A DNA stretch of 64,000 bases from Bugula neritina (taxonomy: Eukaryota > Animalia > Bryozoa): positions 24,861,504-24,925,503 of the forward strand of contig OZ037765.1 of NCBI GenBank assembly GCA_964035545.1, in the 5' to 3' direction. The position numbers and the translations under genes are program-made. Under the pieces are notes generated by a model. The model had not been told where the DNA came from. It did not search any database and worked only from the letters and a program-made list of their open reading frames with translations. Below, one piece after another: positions 14,901 to 29,900 of the stretch. Position 1 is the stretch's first letter. Every line of letters begins with the position of its first letter.

Positions 14901-17900
14901 GAGGCAATCGGTCTCCGTGGAGCAACCGAAGTAAAGTAGTGAGTGCCTCGGCAAACAGACCCAGGTCTGTGAGAACACGCACTTTGAGTATGCGGCCATC
15001 TACAGCTCTTTGCAAATCTCTACACACGTAGGTCGTGAAATACTGATACAGAGTCAGTAAAGGCAATACCTGCAGATAAGAAAACTCTATAATTGAAAAA
15101 TTAATTAATATGTAACTACGTTTCAAAATAAATGTATCATTACATGATTACACTTACAATAAATAATTGTCACATTCTACATGCTAAACAATACAGTTTA
15201 CATACAAAGAGATTGTATTTGCCACGAGCAAGTTCTTCTGTAACCCAGCGCAGTGCAGCCACCACAGATCTACCATCTGCTCTGAAATGATCAGATAGCA
15301 ACTCTATTCCAGGTACAAGTGAGGTAACCTCAAACCCTTCTCCAATGTCATATGAGGCGTAGTCTCTGTCAGCTTTAGGATGTGGCAAGGAAGCTCTGAA
15401 TAGTGACTAAAATTTGTCAACAAAACATGGTTGTTATACAGTAGCCTTGATCATGTAGCAAATGAGTATCGATAGTGCGATTCAAGTATGTACTTTTATG
15501 TAATTCAATATTCCGTCAAAGCCTAATTAATAACATCCTTTACCAGATAGATGGTTCAATTCCATTTAGACATCAATGAAGGTTTCTAACTACTATTGAC
15601 TTCTTGCCACTGGAAGAATGTCTTTATTTGATGGCTCTTTTTAAAGTTCAGGTTTACTTTACAACTATTACTGTCGCTATCACTAGATTGGCGGAAAAGC
15701 CTTATTCATGTTAAATTGATATTTTTATGTAATCAAACAAGATCATAAAATAGCTAAATATATTTGAATGTTAAAATTTAGTTCCATTAAATTTTGTACG
15801 AAACACATTACGAGTTTCTACATGCCGTTCATATAAACTGCTATTTTTAAAGCTTGTTTAAAAAGTCAGGTTGCCAGTACCTTGAAGAAATAAGCTGATA
15901 GAAAACAGCAGGTGGATCTCATAGCCAGATCAGAGGTGAGAATGTACTGGGAGATGTTGGATGTGATGACACTCCCGAGGAGACAACCCCACAAGCCGCA
16001 TCTCTTGAGCAGTTCAGCTGAGATGTCCTCAACTCCTTCAAACAATCTTCTCCAGTTGCTAACAGCGTCAGCCATATTGACTATCAAATCAACTGCTTCA
16101 CACCACCATTTGTAAGCTGCCCGCAGGTTACTGTTGTGATACTGAAGATTGCCCAGCTCATGCATAGCCTGTGCAGCTAAGCTCCTCTGGTTGTGGGCAA
16201 GTAATATTTCTAAAACAATGCAATAAAATAATCATTGACCACAGGCTTTTATTTATTGACATTTTACCAAGCATCTATTTTAATTTCGACAACTTAAACT
16301 TCTTTTTAAATGCTTTTATTATAAACAATTTACTACTTGGCCAAATAAACAAAAAATGAAGAAAATAAATAAATTGGCAAATCTAATGATTTTAAATTTA
16401 TACATAGATATCAAGGAGTTACTATACTGTATATGAAAGTTGTTGGTACAAGTATTCAAAATAAAAATAGGTACTAAATTTAGCACAGGCCTTACAGGAA
16501 AATCAAGAAAAAGATAATAACAGATCTGGGATAACTATCAAGAAGAACTCCTTATAAACAGCTAAGATTACAAAGCTGCACAAATATCGACCAACTTGGT
16601 GTACAATCCTGTCCAAGTTACTTGACTGCAAAGCATAAGCTTATCTGGAGTGCGGTAAAAGAGCTATAGCCAATTTGCTATGGGCTAATTCTTATATATT
16701 ACCAATAGTTTTTTCATAAGAAGAGATGACAGCATTTAGTTGAGGTTTTGGTAGAACCACAGTTTGAGCATCTTCAATGGAAGCAAATAAGGCTGTCCGT
16801 AAGTCCTCGGGAACAGCAGGCTGTGGCTTAGCTGTGTGTGGAGCAAAGTCCAGCAAGTGACCAAGATCTCCAGACTCCAAAGTACTCTCCAGAGAAGCTG
16901 ATAGTGTAAAGTATATGCCATAGTATATATATAAACATAGTATTGACTATTAATAGAACCTTGATGATGAAAAATAATGAGAAGCATCACATAATAACAT
17001 ATTGCAAAATTAATATATAAATTAATATTGCATAATTAGGTAAACCATTTGCACATAAATAATTTATGAAACAGAATATTTAGCTATACGTAGTGGTGAG
17101 ACTGTTTATTGCCCAAAACTAAAAGAATAGAATTGGTCAACTAGTTAGTCATCATTAACTTTTCAACCACTTACTAATTAGTACTAATGGATGTGAACAT
17201 GAAAAGTAGTAGCTTGATTGTAGAAAAGATGCTCAAAGCACAAAAAGCACTTCTACAAGATAATAGAATAGCATAAATTAACTAACCGCCTAATAAAAAA
17301 AAAATCATGTGAGTTTAAACTCACCACCCGTGAAAACCCATGATGAGAAGCATTTTTTAGGACAATAAAGGTCTTTTTCACTATCATGGCAAAAGAACAA
17401 TTATGACTGAATATCCTTCCTTACATCATCAATAGCCTTTACCGGAAATCGAACCACTGACTCAGTGTTAGCTAAGCTAGAGCTCTAACCTTAGACCATG
17501 GCTGCTCCCTAATATAGAAACTATCAATAAAATTGTAAATGAAACCTACAGCTCTCTTGTCCACCGAGGTAGAGCACCAGAAGCCGTCTGCTGTGACGAA
17601 GTGCCTTGGCATTGTAGCTGCACTTGTCTAGTATGGTTCTATAGTATGCCAAACTGGCATCAAAATCTATGGGCACACTCGATAGCTTCTTAGCCAAGGA
17701 ATTGTCTATGATGAAAAGAAGATTTCCAAAATGACATTTAAAATAAAAAAAAGAAGATTAAAATAAGTAAATAATAAAGAATAACCAGTTTAAGTATACA
17801 GCAATATAAATTAATAGCATATGTATGGATGATAATACAGTGCAGTATAAAATTACCAACAAAATAAATGCATGGTGGGAAGTGCTGTAATTGACAACGC

Positions 17901-20900
17901 ATCCATACACAGAAGACACCTATACATAGATGTTAGTTTTGATGCCACTGTACAATGTAAGCATGCAAAACAGGGATTAAACTACACACAGTAAGCAAAG
18001 CAGACAAATAATATACCATAATATTAACATAGCACCTGAGGTGTGGTATAGACCTATCAACCTGGGTTTTAGTGCTAATGCCTTTGATCTATCTATCAAT
18101 TATAAATGACGCATTACATAAATTGTATCATGGTTATAATATGCGAGTTATATTGAGAAAAATGTCAAAAACAGCTTAACTAGTAAGTCCTAATTCTACA
18201 TTATTAAAGAAATGAAATCTCACTACAGAAAAGCTATTTTCAACACATAACAATTATGGGCATTACTAATTCTCAAAGTCTAGTTATGTTCAGTCTGTAC
18301 GTCTACATGAAAAGTATTGTTTAAATACATTCTGGCCAACCATGATATTATATAAATTTGTCAATTCAATATGATAATAGTATATGACATTAATTAGTAA
18401 ATAATGATTTCTTACAAGTTGAGATTATGAGCCAGTTAAATAGTCCCAACTATATAGTAAAATAACCATGACTATAGTATAATAACTATGACTATAGTAT
18501 AATAACTATGACTATAGTATAATAACCATGACTATAGTATAATAACCATGACTATAGTATAATAACTATGACTATAGTAAAATAACCATGACTATAGTAT
18601 AACAACTATGACTATAGTATAATAACTATGACTATAGTTAATAACTATGACTATAGTATAATAACTATGACTATAGTATAATAACTATGACTATAGTAAA
18701 ATAACTATGACTATAGTAGAATAACTATGACTATAGTAGAATAACTATGACTATAGTAGAATAACCGTGATTACCTTTTAGTAAAGCTGTGGCCATAGGA
18801 TCCTTCTCGGACCTATAATCTGCAGAATGTACCACAAACTTAGTCTGGCCATCCACAATCTCTTCTGGCATATACAGCTGTAACTGGGTGGCGTATACAT
18901 CAGGAGTTATCTTCCCGTAATCCTGCTCTGCTTTGATGAAATGAAGCTGTGGCACCACTTCACCTGCGCTGATTATTCTGTCAGCCAGTTGACGCTGAGC
19001 AAGAATCACTATAGGGAAAACTTGCTCCACATACCGACTCCTAGGAAGGGGCAGAAGAAATATTCTGTCAGCTGATAGACATCAATGCTTTTAAAACATG
19101 AAATCAGCACATAAAAACATCCCAAGTTTTTTATGAACACTGAATCAATTTCAATTTTTAGCCCCAGCTTGCAAGTATAACGTATTACTATATAGAGTAA
19201 AATAACATAAATACAAACTAGGTAAACTTCAAAGTGCTACAAAAAATTTAGAAAAACCTATTAATTATAGTTTTAGTTTTTCTGTTATTTTAAAACAAAA
19301 TATAATAAAGTTTAGTCATGGTTCATGCAATTCAATGTTTGCTCTTTTGAAATGTTTTCATGACTAAAGAACTGCGAGTTTCAAGCCAAGCTAATACAAA
19401 TACAGAGTATAGATGAACATACTCCGTAAGAGCAGTAAACTTGAGAGCTAAATCCACCAGCTTCTCCCATTTTCTTTCATAGAAAAGCAGCTCTAAGGTT
19501 CTCAGTGTCAGCTGGCGAGTAAACTGAAGATCGACTACAGTGTGGTCATCTAGCTTAGGTTCAAACTTTACACTGCTGCCACCTTTGTCATCTTCCACAT
19601 CTCCAACAAAGCTAAACTTTGGTTCACCAAGGCGCTATAATAATTAATCTTACTTTGATAAGATAGATAGTGTATTATTTGAACCAAATAGATTCTTTTA
19701 GTAGAAATATTTGAGTTTTGCAAAGATAATAAAAATGTAATGTAACTTTTATATGAATTTCTGCTAAAATATTTTATACATCTATTATTAGAATGTACAA
19801 AAAACTACATGCTTAGATTAAATTGACCCTTACTACAGCTGGCATTTGATATCTGAATTAACTTTATTTCGGAGTTGTGCTGCCATCGTCCTAATCACAA
19901 TGTGCTAATTTGCATAGCAGTTAAAATATTTTTATGTGTATTGCAGAATGATTCATTACTAATAGGTATATTTAAAAACCATTCTAAAAAATTAATTATA
20001 TATTTTGTATAAAATTCAAATATAGAAATGCACTTACTGCTGCTTTAGCTTTCATTTGTAACTTGATGTGGAACATCATGTCTAGCCAGTGATCACATGC
20101 CATTGTTAGGGGAAACCAGAGCACTTCCCTCAAAGCATTGTTGGTGAGAAGGCCAGTTTTAGATGCAGGATCATTAGTGAATGCCCGTATCAATGCAGTG
20201 TGAGCACAATTCCACAATGACCTGACAGCGTTCTGCAGCAAGTTCCAGTGTTCCCCTCTATGAGCAAGCACCTGTCGGAAAAATGATTAACTAAAATATG
20301 CAGTACAATTCATATGTAGATCATCCGGATATAATTTATTTTGCTCTTACCAGAATAAGTAGTTTAACTTTAAACCTACGAAACCAGTTGCTACTCACAA
20401 TTGCTCGCTTGAGGTAATTGAACGTGTTCTCCAGATACTCTTGAGTGATTTGAGTTGAGAGAATGTTGTTATCTGCACTACCCTTTCTCTCTTCTACAGT
20501 GATTGGCTCTGGAGTTCTGGGAGTGCGAGGAGAATCCGGTTTTTCAGGCGGAACTGGAAACATTTCCGGTGGAGCAGCACCTATAAGTTTAATGATGAAA
20601 TGTTACAAAAAAAAAACAATGCCATGTCGATTATATGGGTGATTTTCAGCATAATAAAAATGGTATACATTCAATAGAGACTTGGTAATTTAAACTTTCT
20701 AGCATGCATAATAAACACAGGATAGTTAAGGGCAACCTTTTAGCTGCAACTGCCTTGCTGAGGTTTGCATTGTAATCATATAAGAATTCAGTACCAGTAA
20801 AATAAAATCTCACCTAATTGTGCTAGAGTCAAAATTTAAAAACTATGTTGTAGATCTTCTTTTTCCCCAGTGCAAGTTTTTTGGAAAATTCAATTTTCAT

Positions 20901-23900
20901 TTTTTTTGCAAAGTTATAGACAAAAAACTGCCCAATTTTGGCCAATTTTGCCTGAAAAGCTGACTTTTCAGTACCAGTAAAATATCTCTGCAGCAAAACA
21001 TGATATCTGAATAAAAATTGCACTGTTGGAATCCTGAGATATTTCTCCAGTGCAACTTTTTTTCTTTTTCCAATAACTCTGCTAGATTGCTCATAAAGTG
21101 GTGATTTATACACTGAAAATGCCGTATTTTTTCATAAGAAACTAGCAGCGCGCAGCAATTCACGCTTCAATGAGCACTTAGGGATGAGAAGATATTGGCG
21201 CGTACATGCTAATTACAGGCTTGCTCGCTGGCAGGCTAATATGAATAGCTTGCTTTGTACTTTGTTTATGTAGCACCCATAATGGAAGTTGATAGATAAC
21301 ACAGCCCTAATGAAGGTTGCTGCTTATTGGTTGTAGTTTAATCTTAGGCTAAACAATTACAAGTAGGCAACACGCATGCCACCCGCAAAGCAATATTATT
21401 CAAGAACCTGAGCTACATTTTGAGAGAAATTTATGATATTCTTAGTGAGGATGCCCTTAACTATCCTGTGAAAGTTTGTAGAAACATAGAAGCAACTATA
21501 TTTATATCATACCAGTAGCAGCTGCTGCTGCTTTTTCAATTCCACTAGCTTTCGAAACATCTTTTTCAGATTTTCGAGCACCACGAGTTGCGGGTGTATT
21601 TAAATGAAATACAGTCTTAGATGGATGAGTGCCTCTTGTTTTATTAACACGTGGTGACCCACCATCCATTCCAACCACCATGGTACCGGCTGTCTCAAAC
21701 GTAAACCACTCAGGATCCAGAAAAGCAGTGCTAAAACATTAAACAATGTCAGCTGATACAAACTAAAAGTCATAAATATTTTTTTCTCAATTACACCAAT
21801 ATGTATGTCTGCAAATGTAACACATGACTTAAACAATAAGAAATTAGCCTATTAGTATCGCTAAATTACCTGTAAGCAAGGATTTGCTTATTGCCAATGA
21901 GTTTTTCCTTCATTTCAAGTTTGTTGAGAAAAACTCCAAAATGGCTCAATCCTAGCACAATGTTTAGCTGCAAAAATTATTACCACAAATATCACAGTGA
22001 AGAATACATCAATTGTTACAACACAAAGAAAAAGTAACAAAATATAAAAAGCTACTCAATATATAATATATTGCACATAGGATAGAGTTATAGTAAATTT
22101 ATTATGAATTATCAATAAGATATATTCAAATATATAAGCAGAATAAGTTCAAGCTAATTACAGTCTAAATACTCATATAATGTTAACAAACCTGGGCTCT
22201 CCATGGCATGTCTTCATTGCAGATTCTTCTAAACTTCTTCTTTCTGATGTTGGCTTTAAAGAGGTCTGGTAAGAATAACGCTAGACGTTCTATAGCAGCC
22301 ATTTGTCTCTCTTCTTCTGCAGCACGCTGCTCAGCAGTATAGTGCGCTGGAATAGCTACCAGCTAAAATGTCACAACAAATAAAATTTACCTACATGTGG
22401 GAGTAGAAATACACCTTTCTCAATGACTAATATCTAAATTTATAGTATGGTGGTTAAAGGTGTTGGTGAAAATTTGCTAATGTTTTCTTTTGACATGTGT
22501 TCAGTAAATTAATGTGCTTGAAAACATTACTCTTGGCAACTATTAAATTATTATATTTCACATAGCCTAAGCTAAAATTATTTGATCTCTACAAGTTTAG
22601 TATTGGTGTATCAAGCTTGGTGCAGTCTTTATATTACTTTATTTAGTGTATAATTAGACAAAGATCTCAATTATTAGTGCTCAGCACTTTGAGATCTTAA
22701 GGCCTATTATATGCACGCCGAATACTACAGAAGTTTTCTCAAACAGAATAGAGCAGGAAGAGTGACAGTCAGTTAAAATGTGCATTTTTCACCAGATTTT
22801 ACTCAAATTAATTGACAAATCCAACTAAAATCTGAAAAATTTGATAAAAAATTATATGATATCCACTTACTTTTATTTTTCCAAAGTATTAAAAAGATGT
22901 CAATTTGTTTATTTGGTTAATTTTGTAATAATGTTGATTTGGCCAACTCGACCCAAATTCATGCATAAATTTTCACAATAAATAATTTAGATGAATTAAA
23001 GTAATTAGGCAGAAAATGTGTGTAGACCTCCAAACAAAAACTTGATTAGTAAGTGGTCTATATTTTGTAGAGTCAAACTGATAGGTAGTCTACGCAACGA
23101 ATGCTAGAAGTCAAGGCACTGCTATACTTACTCTATACTTATAACGGTTCTAAAACAGTGTCAAAGGATGCAACATGTGAGATGTGAAAGCAGAGCAGCA
23201 GTAAATTATACAGTATAAAAATCATAGTATAATATTGTATTGTGCACCAGGTACGCAAGAGAGCTATGTGAAATTTGCCTGCATTGTTAGTTGTAATACA
23301 ACAGACCTAGAACATTGCCATCGCATTACATAATACATTATTGTAAAACATACAGTATTATGTAAAAAATAACAAACCTTCATTTTATTCCTTTTCCTGG
23401 CGTTATTCTTGGGAAGCTGAGCTTTACCAGCATGAGCTGAACCTAGCTCTTTCTGTCTGTTATATTCTACCATGGCAGCTGCAAACTTCTTTGGGTCATC
23501 ACCTTGCACAGCTATAGCTCCAACTTGTTTGTTGATGATAGCTTTATTACCAATTACCATTTCATTGCGTCTATAAAATCACACAATAAATTTACAGTGT
23601 AACTTCTACCAAAACAACAATGGGTCTACAATAAAAAAAAAAAAATTATTTTATGTAACTATTGCTACATCTTCAAATAAAGAAAACTATATATTATAAT
23701 ATGCTAAGTAACTGCATATGCAGCTAACATCAGTAGACTTATATAATGTTTTGGGCTATTAAACTGTTCAATAACTTGTGCTTAACACTCACTTAGAAAT
23801 CCATTGAATAGCATCTTCACACCAGTCAATGGCAAGTTCAGAAAATCCCTCAGTGATAGCTTTCTGTACGACTTGAACAAGGAACTCGAGGTAACGGTTT

Positions 23901-26900
23901 CGTCTTTTGAACTTTTGCACTGGCAGCAACAACAAAGATTAGTCATTTAAATTATGGCTGAGATAAATGTCCAACAGTAATGTGTTTATATATTATATCT
24001 CTACACCATTCAAATAACATATGAGTAGCATAAAATTACTTCTTTTTTACAACATTATGATAACCAGCACTGAACACATTAAATGCATTTCTAGTTGAAG
24101 ATGTCGCCTATAATTAGAAAAGTCTTACAAAATATGCTTAACTTTACACATACCTTCTTTAAAAGCTAATCTACTAGGCAGATATGCTATGTATGCATTA
24201 AGCACGCTCGGATCTTCATTTCCTGTCAGTTCATGCTCTCCTTGAGCTAAGCGTAAATAGCGAGTGTTAGCAATAACAAGGAACTAGCAAAATTATATTA
24301 TACAGCAAATGTCCAAATTAAAAGAAAAATTATAACCTAAACAGAATTCCAAAATTTACATTATTTTCAGAAGCAAAGTTTTGTTACCTGCTTTATAGGC
24401 AAATTTTAAAGGGTAAGTGGAAATAACTCCACTAAGCATTTCAATATCTTCCACATCATTGACAGATGGAAAATCTACATATATGCTAAGCAGTTTAGCT
24501 CTGCTTCTAGTTTAGTATAGTAGTGTTTAAATGTAATCTATTGCTCATTGTCTTTTTTATTATTTAACTAAATGATTTGAACTAGTATGAAGCTAACTTA
24601 CATTAACAATAACTATGCACTCAGTTATATTGAAAATACAGTTCTTAGTATCCACATTTCAACACATTTGAATGACATTTTCAAAATTACACCAAAACTA
24701 GCAAAAAAATGTAAAAAAGTTTAGTAAATTTACCTTGACGTGACAACTTAAGCATATGAGCTTCTAAGGCTCGAAGCTGGCAGTTGCCGGTTGGCTCATC
24801 ATCTTTGTCCTTGCTAACCTTAGCTTGCTTTTTACTACTACGCTTTTTGAGAGCAGCCAATGACATTAGTCCTAAAAAAGAATATGCATATCTTTAACGA
24901 TAAGGTAACAGCCAGTTTCTATTCTACCAATATACACATTTGGTATATGCTATATGGAAAAATTAATGAGTGACTTTGACAAATTTTACTAAATATTTTG
25001 AATGAAAAAATATAATTGTCAGCAGCACTTGGTCATAAATATTAACTAAGAATGTTTCCAGAATTTCTTTGGCTCTCATATTCATATTTTATTTGTATAT
25101 AAAATAATTTTTCTTAAATTTGCTAAACCTGATGCCTTCCCACACCCACTTTAACAGTTTTAAACATGACACGGACACACACGGTATACAAATCTAAAGT
25201 TCTTTTTTTATCATAACTTATGCAAAAACAGTTGAACCGAATTTAAGATTAATTCAATGCTGACACAATACTGGCCAATACTTAAAGAACATATATACTT
25301 ATATACTTATATATTATAACAATGCCTACCTTCATCTTCATTATGGTTATTGGAGTCATCCCCAAATCCATCAGGAATCTCACTAGACCCAGAGCCATGC
25401 GTTCCACTTTCTATACTCAACAGCTTTCTTCCTGCGTCATTAAGCTTGGAAGCAAGAGATCTCTGCCCCCATGTGCGGAGTGTTTTAGCCAAATGGTATG
25501 TAATGCATGCAGTCATGTGATGTAAGCTTTCATTAACTCGTTCAGATCTCCGAGTCAGTAAGCTGCTTGGAATCTCTTGGAGGACAACATGACATCTTTC
25601 TAGAATCTTCAAGAACAAAATTTTAAGTTTTCGAACAGGGACATATTATAAACATCTGCAGACAACACAGAGCTAAACTTTTGACTAATTAGCCGCATGT
25701 GCTTGAACATAAGAAAAAAGTGTGCCATTACGCTTTATGACAAAAACCTCAGCAAAACTGACACTGATAAAATAAAATTGAAAGTCTATCAACATGCATA
25801 CAGCTGTTGAAATCTTACAAGTCTTTGTTGTAGAACATGTAACTAAAATGCTAGTAAAAACAATGTTACCACATTAGAAAATTGAAATAAATCAATCCTA
25901 GCATAGCATAATGTTATTCAAACTAGTTTTTATATATGCATAGCATTTCGTAAAAAGTAAATATATTAAAATTTATTAACAATACATACCTGTATGACTG
26001 GTATAGATGGCACTTTCCAGTAGAGCAGTGGAGCCAGCAGTCCATAGCATTGTATGGCAGCTTGCAGAGCCATGTTGGACTCATTCAGCCAACCAGCGAG
26101 TTCCAAAGCAACTATTAGCTTCTGACACTCCTTTAGTCTCATTATCTGCAGATATAATAATTTTCAGAAAATGTAGACACAACCTACACCATTACAAATA
26201 TACTCTTCTTAACTTTTAGTATTCTGTTTGAAACTTGAATAGTTCTGCCAAGAAGACATACCTGGCCATTGTAGAGAGACCCCTGATCACAGAGTCTGTC
26301 ACAGTATAGTTGCTTCTCCCTGATAGCAATGTCACCAGCAATGAATATGCTGGACAGGAACATTCTCAGTAACACAGGTGAGCCAGTGTCTAGAACTTTC
26401 TTATTCAACCTAATAAAAACATACATTTCATCACATACATTGTTACAGACGCAAGCAGCCAATCATGAGCAAATCTCAGCAAATTAATTTATGGTTAATA
26501 ATGGAGATCACTTTACTTATAAATTACTGTAATAACAGTAGCTAAGCTTTTCCAAAAATGTTATTGTATGCTTACTACCTTTTATCTCTTCAACATTATC
26601 ATAAACTTGTTGTACAAATCAACACACTCTCTCACACGTGTGATGTGCTGCACACATTGTAACAACTTTTTTTTATATAATGCTTATTTTTATATTGAAA
26701 TTGACTGATTTATAAAAATATATGACTATACCAGTAAATAAGTATACTTTTGAAATAATACAAAGCAGACTTCTCACCTGTACAGAGTGAGTTTGAAATC
26801 ATTTTGTGCTGAAGTGACGTATGTCTCCTGGCGCGGTTGGGGAATTGCAGACACAAAATATTCCCAAAGTATCTGGCAAGCTGTTGTAGCTACATTGTAC

Positions 26901-29900
26901 TGGCCAACCTGGTAGGCAACCTGCAGGACATTCAACATCAGCAATGATAACTCACACAAACTTAGTACAAAATGTAGTGCAGCATTAAAAATTACTTTAT
27001 ATATAAAGCAGAGTGGTGAAATAGTGAGATCAAACTTACTTGAGCTAGATAAGCCCATGCCATTTGCACTGGCAGTGGATGAGAAGCAAGCACTGGCTTG
27101 CTTATGTCACCAATGCTGTCACCAATCAGCTTTCCTTCTGCCGTATAAGCAGCAACAGCAAAGACATAGCGTTTGTGAGGCACAATGTTCTGCACACGGA
27201 ATAAGCAGAACGAGGTGGCGGGAATCTCATCCCCGCACCCTTGGATGTGATAGTCGTTAAGTCTCACTCTAATGTTACTGCCAGAAGCATCTCTTCCAAA
27301 CAGCCGATACCAAGCAACCTGCCACCATAATACAATAGTATTGTAATCATAGACATCATATCTTCTGCATTAGAATATTATAACCAGCCATACATCAGTC
27401 TATGTTGGTGATTCTATTACATTTTCTTACTGCTGCTGTTGCTGCTAGCTTTAATATATAGTACCAGTTGGTTTACAATAAAATTTATATTTATAAAATT
27501 GGCTTTTAGCATTAAATATTACCTTTTCACCAGATAGAGGCAAGAAAGGAGATGGCTTAAACACCATCGTTGTGTCTGTTCTGCTTAGCAAAATGGGAGG
27601 ACCAGGTATGTTCTTTGGGCTGACAGTTTCTTTAACTTGCACCGAGTTTTCCAAATACAGACGTTTATCTTCTTCCTGTGTTCTGATAATCAGCTCTTGT
27701 GCTTCCTGTAGTATGAATCACTAACAGATAACTTCAACTCCAGCATTTAATTATTTTAAATGAAATGCAAATATAATTTACAAATGTTTACATCACAATA
27801 AAAATAAAAGAAAATGGCTATCTTACTTACAGAAAAAGGGATAATAAAAATATACTAGAAATAGAATGCATAGTTTCAGCATTTCATTGAAATGATCAAA
27901 CTTTACCAACAGAAAGAAAGAACAAATTAGACTTCTACTTACTGCTAGCAGAGATTGCTGCTCCACAGAGTTAGTCAAGTTGTTTAGTGAAAGCGCTTTC
28001 TGCATGAGAAGCAGAGCTTTCACCAGACTATTCTTCTGGCAATCATTCAGGAGCTCCTCGTAGTCGGCGGTAAAGTTGAAGTTACGGGCGGCTGGCGCTT
28101 CCTAAGAACATTACATTATAATCTAGAGTAAATAAACAACTTACACAGTATATAGTTAAAGTGAGAGCAACATGCAATTGATACAATGTTGATGTTATAC
28201 AGTAACTTTACTCACCCCTCCGACTGATTTTGAGCATGTAGATCTTTTGAAGGTTTTTTGAGAAACAGGTTTAAATTCTATAAGAATTAAAGCAAACTAT
28301 ATGCATAGTATTAACACAACTATATATTAGTTGTTGCAAAAAAGTAAAAAACTATAAGATGCAACAAGTAGCATAATATTATTTAAATAAGCTTTTTTGT
28401 TCAATTTTAGATGCAATAGATGATAAAATGATAAATTACTTGACAAAAATAGAGTGCAGCAAGTTCAGTCTAAAAGAGAAGTTAATAAAATGGTAGGAGC
28501 TGCAGAATTAAATTATTCTGGCAGTAAGTTACCTGGTGGAAGTGTTAAAAGCTTTAGGCAGACTCTGTGGTACATGTAGAACAGTTCCATGTGAAGATCC
28601 TTTACTGTATTCCAAACAGTAGAAGCAGAAGAGGCTGTCTGAGATGTTCCTCCACTATTGGCATCACTGGATGGTGCACTGTCTGTAGTGAACAGTTTCT
28701 GGTTTAACTCCTGTGAAAAATGTTGAAAGCAATAAGGAAATATAATATTATGTTACAGATATATAGGTAAAAACACTAATGGCATTGCTTCTTTGACATT
28801 GTAGAGCACAGATGAAGTATAAGAAAATAAAATGGAGCTAGCAAGCATAACCACCGTGTATAAAACACCAAACAATATCTTTTTAAATATTTTACAGCCG
28901 TAACTGACATGAAAACCGTATATTTGAGTACGAAATACTCATTACGGTGGCATCAGAGACTTTGTTGCTGAAACTAAAAACTGTATATTCTACATTAAAA
29001 AAATTATCAATTATATATTAATAATAAATTAGCCAGCCTACCTTACTCCAAGATATATCGGCAATAGAACGTCCGTCATTCAAAGCAACAACTCTTCGAG
29101 CTGCAGAAACATTTTTCAAACCAAGTTCAAGAATATTCCGAGCAGTAACCAACAGATCTCTGATAGGCTGGTCGAGAATGCTGCTTAAACCAGCTTGACT
29201 GAATTCTCCTTTACTTGCTGGTCGACTGTAGCCCTTAGATGGTGGATAGCTGCCATCAAAATCTTCTTTATCAGAATCTGAGGTGTTAAGCCTCTCTGTT
29301 GATAAACAATGAAAATTGGTAATTCTTACTAGTGAACGTAAACCAGTGCATCAAATTTCTGTGATAAAAATTAATTTTCATCAAAAATATTTTTGCTGCA
29401 CCAGGTATTGAAAAAATGTTGAATAAGGCTCTCCGCAGGTTTTTTTCATTTTGATTTAGTTGAGTTATCATAATTCAAATTTTAGCTTTATAATTACAAG
29501 CATCATAATGATATATTGCAAACAGTTTTGACTCATTGCTCATCAGTGTGGCTATCTGACTAATATTAATACGTCTACATCAAGTATTGGTGTTGACTCT
29601 GACAATTGTACATGACTTTAAAATATAAATAAACACACTAGTATATTCTATATAAAATATCAGTAAAAAAACCTTTAACACTACCTGCAGTGGCTTGCTT
29701 ACAGGCAGCCGCAGCCTCTAAAACCAAAGATAGTCTCAGTGCAATCTCTGCACTCAACCCAGGATCCACAGTGTTTAGTCCACACCAACCAAGAACCACT
29801 TGAACATTTTCAAGCATGTAAACCCACTATCATAAAAGGAAACATGGTCATGTATATAAGAGTAAATGAAATATTGTTCAAGTAACCAACTTTAAAAGTG

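Noticed and set aside
18036-18053. 18-nt in-frame microexon candidate in CFAP54
   Set aside because: Weak donor (GTGCTA) and acceptor without a pyrimidine tract; plausible by chance.
18461-18769. CRISPR-like array
   Set aside because: Units are contiguous with no unique spacers, the context is a eukaryotic intron, and there are no cas genes.
20829-21163. Two ~90-aa minus-strand ORFs
   Set aside because: Inside the MITE, with no transposase motifs.
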